A stretch of DNA of 64,000 nucleotides from the human T2T-CHM13v2.0 reference genome, Homo sapiens. This document shows positions 1-35,297 of the stretch, piece by piece. How positions within the stretch are numbered: the stretch's first letter is position 1; every line of letters begins with the position of its first letter. The notes under the pieces were generated by a model. That model saw only the letters and a list, made by a program, of their open reading frames with translations, was not told the origin of the DNA and did no database searches. The translations under genes were made by a program, and so were the position numbers. The stretch lies in the NCBI RefSeq assembly GCF_009914755.1, contig NC_060937.1; one strand, given 5' to 3'.

Positions 1-75
1 TTTTACATCCCAGTACTTCCCTAAATTGCAGTAAGTAATTTCAAGGATGCTGTGCTTATTAAAAGTATAGCTTGA

Positions 76-670
<595 letters not shown>

Positions 671-1324
671 GTAAAAACTAAATAGATAAGCAAATATTGC
701 AGCAACTCAAGTATTACTCAGCAAAGTACATTTCTATAGGATTCAGTGTTGCTATTTAGTTTTATAACTTAAAACAGCCTATGATAACTGATAGCAAAGA
801 AGGTCCTTGCTGGCCAGGCAGGTGCAGTGGCCCACGCCTATAAGCCCAGTACCTTGGGAGGCTAAGGCAGGAGGTTCACTTGAGCCCAGGAGTTGGAGGC
901 TGCTTTGAGCTATGATGGCACCACTTCACTCCAGCCTGGGAGACAGAGCAAGACTCTGTCCTAAAAAGAAAAAATCCTTGGAATAGATTGCCTTCTGCAG
1001 AGCTCCATTCTCCAAATAGGATGATGTGTGTTTTTCAACAGGTTTTACGCTCTCAGCTACTTAAACATAACGATCTTTCTGGTCCATTTTCCAGAGTCTC
1101 ATAGATGGGACTGATGGGTGTGATGTGACTAATTTACTCTTTCACAGACCAGTTGACTATCTAGGGAGTACGGTACTGTGATAGGCTCTTTTTAATCAGG
1201 TGCTGATATCAGGACCACTCAACTGATTATTTATAATTAATCATGTGGATGGTTGAAGGGCTAGTTCTTAGCAAAGGAGTGCTAGGCATACAGCTCCATT
1301 CAGTCTTCTACAATAGGAAAATGA

Positions 1325-1560
1325 GATCTCGACTCGCTGCAACCTCTGCCTCCCAGGCTGAAGTGATCCTCTCACCTCAGCCTCTCGAGTAGCTGGGACT
1401 GTAGGCACATGACACCATGCCCAGATAATTTTTGTATTTTTTGTAGCAATGGGGTTTTGCCATGTTACCCAGGCGCATCTCGAAACTCCTGAGCTCAAGT
1501 GATCCTCCTGCCTCGGCCTCTCAAAGTGCTGGGATTACAAGATTGAGCCACCGCACCCAA
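1325..1560 (-). mobile_element. AluJ, antisense, in the last WBP4 intron
   Basis: Reverse-complement Alu motifs (gctgggattaca, gtgatcctcctgcctc). Confidence 0.85.
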
Positions 1561-1852
1561 CCCCCTTATCCCTTTACTTGTACTGCTTATATATAAGCCC
1601 AAGCATTTTCTTAGATAATGCATCCTTTGTGCAACAGGAATAAATTAATACATAGAACTTCTCCCAGCATTTATCCACCTGAATAAGTGTTCAGTATCTT
1701 AAATAATATTGTAAAGTCAGTATTTTAAAGTAGTTCCTACTCCAAAATGAGCAACTTCTAATGTCATTAGAAAGCTGATCTTGGGGCATTGGTTATATGA
1801 AAACGTTTGTCTTACCCTGTCAAATAGAGTTTTACTTTAACTCTATTTCCAG

Positions 1853-2063
1853 TGAGGAGGTAGATTTGGAACTTCCAAGCACTGAAAATGAGTATGTATC
1901 AACTTCAGAAGCTGATGGTGGCGGAGAACCCAAAGTGGTATTTAAAGAAAAAACAGTCACTTCTCTTGGAGTTATGGCAGATGGAGTGGCCCCAGTCTTC
2001 AAAAAGAGAAGAACTGAAAATGGAAAATCTAGAAATTTAAGGCAACGAGGTGATGATCAATAG
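1853..2063 (+). CDS. WBP4: Last coding exon of WW domain-binding protein 4 (FBP21)
   Basis: Acceptor tttactttaactctatttccAG ends at 1852. The frame reads EEVDLELPSTENEYVSTSEADGGGEPKVVFKEKTVTSLGVMADGVAPVFKKRRTENGKSRNLRQRGDDQ* (TAG 2061-2063), which I recognise as the WBP4 C-terminus. The ORF-track start at 1797 is intronic. Confidence 0.92.
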
Positions 2064-3155
2064 TTGCAGGAGAGCTTTTTGTACATGCTTTTAGGACAGA
2101 ATGGAGACTTATACACCCAAAGTTTATCTGTGTTTGTTTGTAAGTATTATGATGCTAAAAATTTAGATTTATTCTAAATGTATTTGATGTGAATTAAAAT
2201 AAATATTTTTTCATGTGAAATTTATTTTGGTTCCTAAAATGGAAGCCTACCACATTGCATTGTAATACAGTGTATTATGTTCAGTGTCTAAAAACTGCTA
2301 ATTAAGTCATAATTTAAGATGCTATGTATCTGTTATTTAAAACATGGAGAAATAGGGCCTTTATTCCATTCATATTCATAAGAGCATATTTATCCTGCAT
2401 TGAAAATGCATTACTTTTGCACATTGATATTAACTGTTGTCCAACAAATAAGTATCGGAGTACGTGAGAATATTCCCAGCCCAGTGATGATTTGGTTCTG
2501 AGGCTGATGTGAGAAAGCTGATGTAAAAAATGTATGCATATTGGCTTACCTTACTCAATTTAAAGTCAAAAGCCAACAGCCAGGAGCAGCTCAGGTACTT
2601 CAGATGTGCTTAATATGGAGTGAAAACTGGACCAGAGGTGGAAAGATGTATTTGCCCCAGTTCACTTCAAAGCAGCAAACGTTGTTTAAGCATTTTAGTT
2701 TGAACCAGGCATTGTGTTAGGAATCCAGGGATAAAGATGAATGAAATGTATTTCTGTTCTTCAGGAGTTCACATTCTAGCATATGCCTTTTTTCCCCCAG
2801 TCATGCACTCTTTTTAGCAGTCTTATATGTACTAGAAAAGATTTTTTAAAGTTTATTTAAAGCTGTGTAGATGAAGGCTTGATCTAAAATAGTATAAGGT
2901 CTCCAGCTTCAGTAAAAGTTTTTAGTGTTTACTTAAATTAGTAATTTCTCACTTTCTGTCTGGTTAAAATGTCTTAAAAAGTAGAATTTTCTTCTTTAAT
3001 CCGTTTAGTAGTTACCTCCCTTTTACTTTTCAAATTCACAAAATTACATTTCTCATAAATTGTATAGTATTTAACTTATAATAGTTAATATTTGTCTTTT
3101 TAAGATGACTGTACATGTAAGAAAAAAGCTTATTAAAAACTTGATCAAAGAATAA
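2064..3155 (+). other. WBP4: WBP4 3' UTR with proximal and distal polyadenylation signals
   Basis: Non-repetitive AT-rich sequence after the stop. Overlapping ATTAAA/AATAAA at 2193-2203 followed by a U-rich tract; ATTAAA at 3132-3137. The 3' end is approximate. Confidence 0.65.
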
Positions 3156-4102
3156 GTTAAATATTGTTATTCTAATTCCAGTCAGAATCACCTTAGCATT
3201 GGTGAGATAGTATTTGGAGATTTGTCTTTGCATTTTTTCAGTCTACTTTTTGGGTATTTTATGAATGTGAAAGCCTAAACTTTCCCCTTCATTAGGAAGA
3301 GATACTTAATAATTCTTGATAGCCCATTCATCATCTAGGTGAGCAGTGCATTCTGGTGCTTTACTCTTCTCAGGTGGAAAAAATAATGGACTGTAAATGC
3401 AGTGGTCCTATACTTTACCCACATTTAGCTCTTAAAAAATACAAAATTGAAGGCATTTTTAAGATTAGACCTCATGTAAAGTTTCTCTTTGATGATTTTT
3501 AAAACAATCTCCTTTACTTTTGAAAGTAGTATTCTCAAAAACTGAAAGCAAGGTAAATCTCCGTAAACAGTATGGTTATAAAGATTGCTCAGAAAAGACT
3601 TGATAATAACAAACACCAATATTTTAGTAAATCAAGTCATGAAAAATAGTAATATTCCATCTGCTTTGGAGGGATAGAGAACATAACAGCTTTTAACTTA
3701 CTTGGATGTTTTCATAAGTGTTTGATATCATTTCCACTATTACTTTTCGATCGATCGATAGATAGATAATGAAAGTAATTTTTTAATAAATATAAAAATC
3801 CAAATAATAGAGAAATAAGTTTTTAGAAAATCTCAGTAATCTGTCATCCCCTCTCCATGACCACTATGGGGTTTTCCGTTTTTCTCAACATGTTAACACT
3901 GGGTATATATGGGTAACCCTTATGACATCTGGACCTATGAGGTCCACTATCTGAATGAAACCATATTCAAAGAAACATGATCCAAACAACCAAAAGTAGT
4001 TTTTGTTTTTTTAATGCAGTTTTTAATACATTCCAAGAACTGTACTAGGGGAATCAACCCTACCAGATATTTATGAATTAAAAATCTATAAGATACAGTA
4101 AA

Positions 4103-5110
4103 GGACAGGAATGGTGGCTCGTGCCTGTAATCCCAGAACTTTGGAAGACCAAGGCAGGCAGATTGCTTGAGTCCAGGAGTTCGAGACCAGCCTGGGCAAT
4201 AGGGCAAAACCCCATCTCTACTACGAAAAATAGAAAAAGTTAGCTGGACATGGTGGCATGCGCCTGTGGTCCCAGCTACTCAGGAGACTAAGGGAGAATC
4301 ACCTGGTCCCAAGAAGTCAAGGCTACAGTAAGTCATGAACATGCCACTGCACTCCAGCCTGGGCAGCAAGAGGGAGACTCTTGTCTTAAAAATAAAATAC
4401 TTGCCACATTTATGTATATTATATATAAACTAGAGTTTGTTTCTGGATTTCTTTTATTGTGCCAGTACCATACTCATTTAATTACTGTGTTTTTATAGTC
4501 TGTTTTAACTTCTGGTACAGCACATATCCTTATGTTACTTCATACTTTGAACTACTTTTTCAAGATATTCATAGAAATATCCACTCATTATATCAAATAA
4601 CTTTTTGTCAAGTTGTCTTCCCTACTCCCCTCAAAAGAACTCCTTGTGATTTTGTGCTACACTTAATTGAGTTGATAATAATTGCCATCTTTCTGACATT
4701 CATTCTTCTTATCTATCAGCATGTGTGTCTTTTCATTTAGTCAGTTCTTTCATGTCTTTCTGAAGTTATGTAGTTTTCTCCATATGGGCCCTGCACATTA
4801 CTTGAAATGTAAGCTCCCAGGGCCAGGCGCAGTGGCTCACACCTGTAATCCCAACACTTTGGGAGGCTGAGGTGGTGGATCACGAGGTCAGGAGTTCGAG
4901 ACCAGCCTATCCAATATGGTGAAACCCCATCTCTACTAAAAATACAAAAATTAGCCAGGCATGGTGGTGCGTGCCTGTAGTCCCAGCTACTCAGGAGGCT
5001 GAAGCAGGAAAATCACTTGAACCCAGGAGGCGGAGGTTGCAGTGAGCCGAGATCATGCCACTGACTGACCTGGGTGACAGAGCCAGACTCCATCTCAAAC
5101 AAACAAAAAA
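4103..5110 (+). mobile_element. AluJ (4103-4400) and AluS (4820-5110) flanking an old L1-like fragment
   Basis: Two Alu dimers; the T-rich sequence between them resembles antisense L1M. Confidence 0.75.
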
Positions 5111-5139
5111 GAGCTCCCTGAGGGCAAGAGTTTTGTTTT

Positions 5140-5690
5140 GTTCACTTAATTTCCTGTACTTTGATGTTTTGACATCTTAAAAAGCTTGTTGGCCAGGAAG
5201 TGGATGCCTCTCCCGGGGCTAGCCCCTTCTTAGATAACTGAGGGCTCCCTAGAGCACTCTTTCTTATGCAAACCAGCTAATCCCTAATCTGTAGCCACAC
5301 CCACCTGGTCTAATTCACACATCAGGCCAGTGTTTCTTCTGCCCTAAATCATCCCAGGGCCAGATACCAGGCAACTAGTGACCATTCCTATAGCCAGCCC
5401 AAAGCCTGCCAGAATTATATTAGCCAATCCTAAACAGTTTACTTTGCCCTGCTTTGACTTTCCCATGGAAACCACAATGAAGGCTCTGGGCTAGACTTTC
5501 CCCTCTATCCTATCTTAAACTACCTAACCAAAACCTGGTGCTTCCTCTGAGGCCCTGCATGGCACATGATGACCCCTTCTTTAGGACCTGTAAGTATAAT
5601 AAACTTCCTCTTTCCAAGCCTCAATATCATCTCCTTCGGTGGCCAAACTGACTTTACCATACCATATCCAACATTTACATTTTTAGAACA
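5140..5690 (+). mobile_element. ERVL-class solo LTR (MER54-like)
   Basis: Begins ...ctttgatgttttgacatct...ctcccggggctagcc, resembling the MER54 5' end as I recall it; internal AATAAA near 5598. Confidence 0.5.
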
Positions 5691-6764
5691 GTATAAATTG
5701 ATATAACCTCTTTAGAGAGCAATTTTTCAATAGATCAAAATTTAAAAGCACCTATCTGTTGACCTTGCAATACCACTTGGAGAAATATTTCCTATAGATA
5801 CTCTCACACATGTAAGAGATGATATGTAAGACTAATAAATGTGACATTATTTCTAAATCAAATTGGAAACAACCTTAAGGGCTATCAGTGCAAAACTGGT
5901 TACATTAATTATGCTACATCTAGTCAGTGCAATGGTGTACAGCTGTTAAAAGAAAGGAACTTTATATGTGCTTACATGGATTGATCTCCAGGATACTTTG
6001 TTAGGTCAGAGAAGCAAAATCCAGAAAAGTAAAAATTGTGCATTGGTTAAAACAGAAGTTCTAGTACCAATCATTGCCATTCTCTCTTTTGCTACCTAAT
6101 AGCTTGTAAGATTGGGCAAGTTATTCCATCTCTGTATGTCTTCCTTTTCTTATTTGTAAAACAGTAAGTGTACCTACCTCCCAGCTTTGTTTTAAGGAGT
6201 GAATGACTTAATGTGTATTTAAAGCACTGGTTTATAATGATACTAGCTAAGATTTTGAGTTGTTGCTATGTGACAGGCATTGTAACATAGCAACAACTCA
6301 AAATCTTAGTATCATTTATGTAAAAATAGACAATGTAAAATAAAAACACTAAACAGCATCTAATTTCTAGCCATTAGCACCGTGACTCATTCCTTTTTCT
6401 CTTCCCAATACTCTGATCTTACACAACTCCAAAGGCCAATTATTGCAATTTAGATATTCTCTAAATGGCTTGATATATTCTGTGTGGTTTCTTTTGTAAA
6501 TCAAACAAAGCTCTTGATTTTTGATTTTCAGGCTAAAATAGCGTAAAATTAATTCATTAGAGATGGATGATGTGATGGTTATACAACAGTGTGAATGTAC
6601 TTAATGTCACTCGACAGTACACTTAAAAATTGTTAAGGCCAGGCACAGTGGCTCATGCCTGTAATCCCAGCATTTGGGAAGGCTGAGGTGGGAGGATCAC
6701 TTTAGCTTAGGAGTTCACGACCAGCCTGGGCAACAGAGCAAGACCCTGTCTCTACCAAAAAAAA

Positions 6765-7000
6765 ATACATATATATATAGTTTTAATACATAAATATATA
6801 TAATATATATTTATATATTATATATAATTTATATTATATATATATATTGATAATATTAAAATTAAAAATTTAAAATTAATGTTAATATTAAATTGATAGA
6901 TATATTGATATTAAATCTATATTAAATATATTTTTATATTTTTACACATACATATATATTTATATGCATGTATGTGTATGCATATATATAGTTAATTTGA
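6765..7000. repeat. AT-rich / (TA)n low-complexity tract grown from a FLAM/Alu tail
   Basis: Almost pure A/T directly after the Alu monomer at 6636-6765. Confidence 0.9.
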
Positions 7001-7685
7001 TGTATATTTTACCACCAAAAAAAAAAGCATTCAATTTCACATTGTATCATAAACATCACTTCTGCCTTACAAAATCGTAAAAGAGTTTGTAGAAACTTAT
7101 TTCTGCCAACCTCCTGTATTTATTCAATATTTTTTGTTTTTGAGACAGGATCTTACTCTCACCCAGGCCAGAGTATAGAGGCGTGATCAGAGCTCCCTGC
7201 AACCTCGACCTGCTGAGCTCAAGTGATTTTCCTCCCTCCACCTCCTAAGTAACTGGGACTACAGGCAAACAGGCATGCCACCACACCTGGCTGGTTCTTC
7301 TTCTTTTTTTTTTTTGTCTGTAGAGACGAGTGTCTCATTATGTTGCCCAGGCTGGTCTCGAACTTCTGAGCTAAAGCGATCCTCCTGCCTCAGCCTCCAA
7401 AAATGCTGGGATTATATGCATGAGCCACTGCGCCCAGCCTGGTACTCTTTTTTTTTTAATGGTAAACTCACTAGCCTAGTTTAAGCCATCTTCACTTCAA
7501 GCCTAGAATACTACTGCACTCCCAATTTTTGCTATTCTAGCTCATCCTTCACAGAACCAACAGAATAATCTTCCATGGTAAACCTCCGCAAATTTCCCTT
7601 CTCCACTAATCTCAATATATCAAATCTATTAGCATTTAAGACTTGCATCTCATTTTTCAAAACAGGCTACTTATCTGTCTTTTAA

Positions 7686-7964
<279 letters not shown>

Positions 7965-7999
7965 TGAAAACATTACATTCTAATTATAGCAAACTTTAG

Positions 8000-11305
<3,306 letters not shown>

Positions 11306-11309
11306 ACAC

Positions 11310-11880
11310 TGTAAACCAAAAAGTATCTGAGACAGGTCTCAATTAGCTTAGAAGTTTATTTTGCCAAGGTTAAGAATGTGCCTGGAAGAAACAAACACGG
11401 AACCACAGAAACAGTCTGTGGTCTGTGCCTTTCTCCAAAGATGATTTTGAGGGCTTCAGTATTTAAAGGGGAAAAGCAGGCTGGAGGAGAAAGAAGGAGG
11501 GTGTGATCACATTACTGAATCCACATGTTGCAAGAGAAAAGGAGCAGGTAGGGGAATAGTCAATTATGTATTATTCATCACACGCTCAGTAAATCGGCAC
11601 TTTACATGAGATAAGGTGAACATAGAATAACTATCTGTGGAGATATTTAACTTTTTTTTTTTTTTTTTTTTTTTTTTTGAGACAGAGTCTTGCTCTGTCC
11701 CTGCTGGAGTACAGTGGCGCAATCTGCTCACTGCAGCCTCCACCTCCCAGGTCATACGTGGAGCTTCCAGGTCATATGTGGATTTAAGAATGTTCTGATT
11801 AGCAATTGGTTGAAAGAGTTAAGTTATTGCCTAAAGACCTAGAACCAATAGAAGGGACTGTCTGGGTTAAGAATTGTGAA
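11310..11880 (-). mobile_element. MER4-group ERV1 LTR, antisense, interrupted by an Alu fragment
   Basis: tgtaaaccaaaaagtatctgagacaggtctcaatt...gtttattttgccaaggtt is typical of the reverse-complemented MER4 3' end. Confidence 0.65.
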
Positions 11881-11883
11881 GAT

Positions 11884-12225
<342 letters not shown>

Positions 12226-12446
12226 TCATCCAAGAGAGTTATAGTTACAATCATAGGGCTGTAAACAACCTAACCAGCCAAAAATCTCCTGCATGCATCA
12301 TCATGCTTTTTGATCAGACTGACAATGTCTTTACCCTTCTTATCAAGGGCCACTTAAACCTTATGATAAATCTTATTTGAGGACCATAGGACCAACATCA
12401 AATCATAACCCAATAGATTTAATTTCTCTTCTGGCCAACTGGTCTC

Positions 12447-13478
<1,032 letters not shown>

Positions 13479-13843
13479 GTCTCCATAGGTATAACATCCT
13501 GAGGAGAGTATAAATCAAATTTGAGAAACATCTGGTCCTTAATGTCTAAATTGTCATAAGACTTGTTAATAGACAAATTGGTTTCTCCCACCACTTTTGT
13601 ATTGCCCCATTGGTATTTGGGAGACAAAAGGAGGTTTTGTTACAGGAGAAGTCATATAATTCTATGGTGTCATTTTGTTGTTCCTCTCGACAAAAATGGC
13701 TCTTTCCATATACCAAATGTTATGTCCCACGGAGATGGATATTAGTGGTGAAGTTTGGGAAAAATCAAGGTTTCAAGTGGTTTGAAGGCACTCTTTTTTT
13801 CTGTTCTCACAATCTGAGAGGGAGCTGTGATGCCATGTGTTAC

Positions 13844-17576
<3,733 letters not shown>

Positions 17577-18283
17577 TTATCGTTAGCTAAAATAGTCCAC
17601 CTGTTTCCCATGAGGAGTAGTCTTGTATTGTTTACAACAGTCCCAATGCCTGCCACTTAGACAACAGAATACTTTTGAGCCTCATTCAACTTTGGTGCCT
17701 GTGCTTTGAGAATGTAGTATTTGAGGTCACATTTACCATCCAAAAATTTCCATACATTTGAGGGACCACATACTCTCTATAGGTGTTTGGATTGTGCCTT
17801 AGCACTGAGGATTGCAGGTCACTGATTCATAGCTACCTAAGATTCCACTTGTAAAAACATAGACATGAGCCCTTTTGGGTTAGAGTACATGATTGTTCCC
17901 ACCTTTGCATTTAGGAGTAAGTTTTCATGTTTGGTCTGGTTTCTTCTATCCATTTGATGAGTACTAGATTATCTTTTAAGGCAACTTCCCATCCTTTTCC
18001 CTTGTCTTGGAATAGCATTCCTTTTATGTGGCCTATTTTTTACATGGAATTTTTCTCTAAGGAATGCCTCTCTACATTCCTACATTACATTAGCTATAAA
18101 CTCACCTTGCCCCAGTATACCTAGCGCAGCTTCAATTTTTCCAATGAGGTTGCATTCTAGTCTTTTGGGTGGCCAATTCTGATGTCTCCAGGAATGCTGT
18201 TGCCATAATATGCTAATGGAATTAGTGCAATTTGGATAAATGAAGTTAATCCAGAACTGTTGGGTGTCCCAAACAATTGTTAG

Positions 18284-19447
<1,164 letters not shown>

Positions 19448-20089
19448 AGAGGACTGCTTGAGGCCAGGAGTTTGATGCCACCCTGGGCAAAATATTGATA
19501 CCTTGTCACTACAAAAAAAAAATTAGCTAGATGTGGCAGTGTGTGCTTGTGGTCCTGGCTACTGGAAGGCTGAGGCAGGAGGATTGCTTGACCCCAGGTG
19601 TTGGAGACTGCAGTGAGCTATGATCGTGCCACTGCACTTCAGCCTCAGAGACAGAATGAGACCCTGTTTCTTTCCCTCTTTTTTTGGCTTCATATTTTGT
19701 AATATTTTATTTGAGCACTGAAAAATTCTAGAAGTTACATAAATATAAGTAACTCATTTTACAGATTAAAAATTTGAGATTGAAATATTAGGCAACTTGC
19801 ATGAGGTCAAAACGTGGCAAGATACAGAACAGAGACTGAACATACGACTCAAGATTTTCTGCATGTTTTACATTGGTGGGCTCAAATTTATTCAAATGAC
19901 AGAGCCTCTAAGTGTTATGGTGTCCCTTGAGAAACATCTGCTTAATTCACAAGACTACATTATATGTACACAATATGAGAATCATGAGAACATATGTCCA
20001 TGTCAAAAACATATGTCCATGTCAAAACTGTCTGCTAAAAGAAATATGAACTATTTATAAGTTTTCCATGAATATTCATATAGCAATTA

Positions 20090-20270
20090 ATAATCAATTT
20101 ACTACAACCCTATGAGACAGATACTAGTATTACCCTCCTTTTGCAGATAAGAAAATGGCATAGAGAAGTTAAGTCACTGGCCCAGGGTCACACAGCAAGA
20201 AGTGAAGATGAGCCTCCAACTCAGGCTGTCTGACTGTAGAACTCATGATCTTTAAGCATTATTCCATCAT
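20090..20270 (-). mobile_element. MIR SINE (a second MIR-like copy at about 19720-19870)
   Basis: MIR core: acaaccctatgag...ttttgcagataagaaaa...agagaagttaagtcactggcccagggtcacacagc. Confidence 0.85.
20171..20252 (-). ncRNA. MIR3168: Annotated microRNA locus MIR3168 (authenticity doubtful)
   Basis: Minus strand 20244-20228 reads GAGTTCTACAGTCAGAC, which I recall as mature hsa-miR-3168; it lies inside a MIR. Confidence 0.75.
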
Positions 20271-20925
20271 TTTGTCATCAATGAGGAGGAACAAAAACAT
20301 TTACACATTAGTTCGTATGTGTGTTTCTCTGTGAGAGACCCTATTTCTAAAAAAAAAAAAAAAAGAATTTGTTGAAAGGACGCCACATGCAAAATTGATT
20401 GGAAGGGCAAACAACCAGTTCAGAAAATGTGAAAGAACAAATATTTCTCTGGCAGCCAGAACTAAAGCAAAACTCAAGTCAGTGCAAATATCAATAAGTC
20501 TGATAACACATTTCTAGGAGGGATGGGTGAAATGGCACCATTATATATTGCTGGTGTAGCATAAATGGGCATAACTTCTCCAGAAGGCACTTCTGTAATA
20601 CCTTGTCAAAATTCCAAATGCCAAATGTACACACCTTTTGAGAAATTGCTTCTAAAAATATTTTGGCATAGAAGTGAAATAATGTAAGTAGAAGAGTATT
20701 CACAACAGCACTGTTTGTAATGGCAAAAGATTATAAGTCACTTAAATGTCCACCAATGGAAACTTAGTGGATTATGATACATTTTTACAATGTCTACTCT
20801 GAAGATAAAAAAAAAAGAGTGAGCAGGTCCTTGATGTACTCATATGGGACATGCTACATAGCATTAGAAGCAGTTTATATACGTAAAATATATATGTATT
20901 TTACATACGTACAAAAATACACACA

Positions 20926-22811
<1,886 letters not shown>

Positions 22812-22939
22812 TATAGTATGCTGCAATTTTAGTAAAACAAAACATGGGCAGAAAAGATATGTGTACTGTCATATATATGCATAAAATAAGCCTGAAAGGA
22901 TACACACAAAATTGATAACACTGGAAAAGAAAACTAGGA

Positions 22940-23030
22940 GTATATTCATCAAGGACTTCCAGAGAGACAGAACCAATAAGATGGCTGGATAGATGGATAG
23001 GTAGATAGACACACAGATGATTGATGGATG

Positions 23031-23077
<47 letters not shown>

Positions 23078-23545
23078 GAGTGGAACTGGCTTATTAGGGA
23101 ACTCCCCTTATTAGGGGAACTGGCTCATGAGATTATGGAGGCTGTGAAGTCCCACTGCAGCTGGAAAGTCTGGGATCCTGGTCATGTGGCTCAGTCCAAG
23201 TCTAAATGTCTCAAACCAGGGGAACTGATGGTGTAACTCAACTCTCAGCCTGAGAAGGCAGGGGACTGCCTGCATCAGTCCTGGAGTCCAAAGAGCCTGG
23301 AGTTCTGATGTCCAAGGACCAGAGCAGAGCATCTCAGCTTTAGCAGAGAGCGGAAATTGCCCTTCTTCTGCCTTTTTTTCCCATCTGGCTAATTGGACTG
23401 TGTCTGCCCACATTGAGGGGAGATCTTCCAATTCAATCAGATTTAGCTGCCAATCTCCTCTGGAAACACCCAGAAATAATGCTTTACCAGTACTCTAGGT
23501 ATTCCTTAATTCAATTAAGCTGATGCGTAATATTAACTATCATAA
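22940..23545 (-). mobile_element. MLT2 (ERVL) LTR, antisense
   Basis: ccagagagacagaaccaata...gaactggctcatgagattatggaggctg...aataatgctttaccag. Confidence 0.8.
23031..23077. repeat. (GATA)n tetranucleotide STR, about 11-12 pure units
   Basis: Direct reading; degenerate units extend back to about 22980. Confidence 0.95.
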
Positions 23546-23564
23546 GGTGTTTAAGAAACGGGGG

Positions 23565-25877
<2,313 letters not shown>

Positions 25878-26313
25878 TTATTCTAACTTGTTCTGATGCA
25901 ACAATATTTGTTTTATTGCAAAGCACAATATTTTTACTACTTTATTGCCTCCTGTGCTAGACCTGGGCCTAACCTGAATGCTGAATTATCACAAATAGCC
26001 TATCAGTATTATCGTGTTTTTATTTACGTTAAGGCTTATCATTGTTCTACTGTTTAAAATACAAACAAAGGAAGTCTTAAAATTGAAAAAGCAATATCAA
26101 ATGCAACTGTTTCATGAAATCTTTGCTAACCTGATTTTTCCAATAGATGGTGTGGCTCATATCTGCATATTTTCTAGTAGAGGACATCAACAGTATCCCT
26201 TGTGTAAAACAAATAATGAAAAGGTAGGTGGATTGGAGCATAGTCTGAAATTCCGCAAGTAACAGATGGTAAACCTAAATCCAGACGGGTCAATGACCTC
26301 ATGTGTACGGTGG

Positions 26314-27866
<1,553 letters not shown>

Positions 27867-28517
27867 TCAACTTAAAAAATCATTTTTCCCTTTCTAATCT
27901 GAGCAATATGCAGCAAATTTGGAAGCGTAAAATAAAGAACTCGATTCTTTATTCAAGCAGAATATGAATGGCCATTTGTCAAAAATGCCGTGTAACTGGC
28001 AAAACTGGTTGTTTGATTTTTAGGTAATTTCCAATTCTGTCATTCTGGGTGTCGACAAGTAGAGCCAGACAATAACTTGAAATAAAATATGGAAAAAAAT
28101 TCAATTTACCTTGACGACTAACTGCAACTAAGTGATAAAGTAAAATAAACATGAAAATCCTAATTTTTGCCAGGTGCAGTGGCTCACGCCTGTAATCCCA
28201 ACACTTTGGGGGGCTGAGGCGGGCGGATCACCTGACGTCAGGAGTTCAAGACCAGCCTGGCCAACATGGTGAAACCCCGTTTCTACTAAAAATACAAAAA
28301 TTAGCCAAGCGTGGTAGCATGCGCCTGTAGTCCCAGCTACTCAGGAGGCTGAGGCAGGAGAATCACTTGAACCCAGGAGGTGGAGGTTTGCAGTGAGCCA
28401 AGATCGCATCACTATACTCCAGCCTGGGCGACAGAGTGAGACCCTGTTTCAAAATTTAAAAAAAAAAAAAAAATCTCAATTTTTTAGACTAAAGTGTGGA
28501 GTAAGCTTGGTGTTATA

Positions 28518-28723
28518 CAACCACATGTCACTTATTGACAGAAATACATTTTGAGAAATGCATCATTAGGTTATTTCATCATTGTGTGAACATCATAGAT
28601 TTTACTTACACAAATCTATATAGTACAGCCTACTACACCCCTAGGCTATACTGTATAGCCCGTTGCTCTGAACACTATCATATATGCAGTCCATTGTTAA
28701 CTGAAACATGTGGTGCATGGCTA
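28518..28723. mobile_element. Tigger3/MER7-type TcMar MITE
   Basis: tgagaaatgcatcattagg...tgtgtgaacatcatag...cctactacacccctaggcta; TA flanks. Confidence 0.7.
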
Positions 28724-28817
28724 TATATTAAAACGAGGAAATCCCAAAAACTAGAGAATAATCTGGACCCTGAAGCAGACCTAAAACACATCAGAGTTAG
28801 AAATGTCTTTCCATGGG

Positions 28818-29179
28818 TGATATGCTTTGGTTTTGTGTCCCCACCGAAATCTCATCTCAAATTGTAATCCCCATGTATTGAGGGAGGGACCTGGCGGGAA
28901 GTGATTAGATCATGGGGGTGTTTTCCCCCCATGTTCTCACAGTTTCCACTGTTCTCACAGTAGCGAGTTCTCACGAGATCTGATGGTTTAAAAGTGTTTG
29001 GCAGTTCCTCCACCACCACCGCCATGTAATGTATGCCCTGCTTCCCCTTGACCTTCCACCATGATTTTACGTTTCCTGAGGACTCCCCAGCCATTCAGAA
29101 CTGTGAGTCAAATCTCTTTTCTTTATAAATTTTCCAGTCTCAGATATTCTTTATAACAGTGTGAAAATGGACTAATACA
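28818..29179 (+). mobile_element. MSTA/THE1-type MaLR solo LTR
   Basis: tgatatg...ggactaataca with 5-bp TSD ATGGG on both sides. Confidence 0.9.
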
Positions 29180-29182
29180 ATG

Positions 29183-30820
<1,638 letters not shown>

Positions 30821-31016
30821 TTGTGAGGATGAGTCAGAGGTATAAAGATGAGCCAGAAAGGCAAGCAGTGAAAATGTATAAAGAAATTTATAAGCTATTT
30901 TAAGTAAATTGGACTTGTACCTGATTGCTATGGCCAGCCAATTAAAGATTTTAATCAGTGAAGAGACATGATCAGATTTGTATTTTATCAAGATCACTCT
31001 GGCTGCAACATAAAGC

Positions 31017-35297
<4,281 letters not shown>

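Noticed and set aside
1020-1230. Possible intronic C/D box snoRNA (ATGATGT ... CTGA)
   Set aside because: Imperfect C box, no terminal stem seen, and too long.
1797-1852. N-terminal part of the 88-aa ORF
   Set aside because: Intronic; it contains the polypyrimidine tract and acceptor of the WBP4 last exon.
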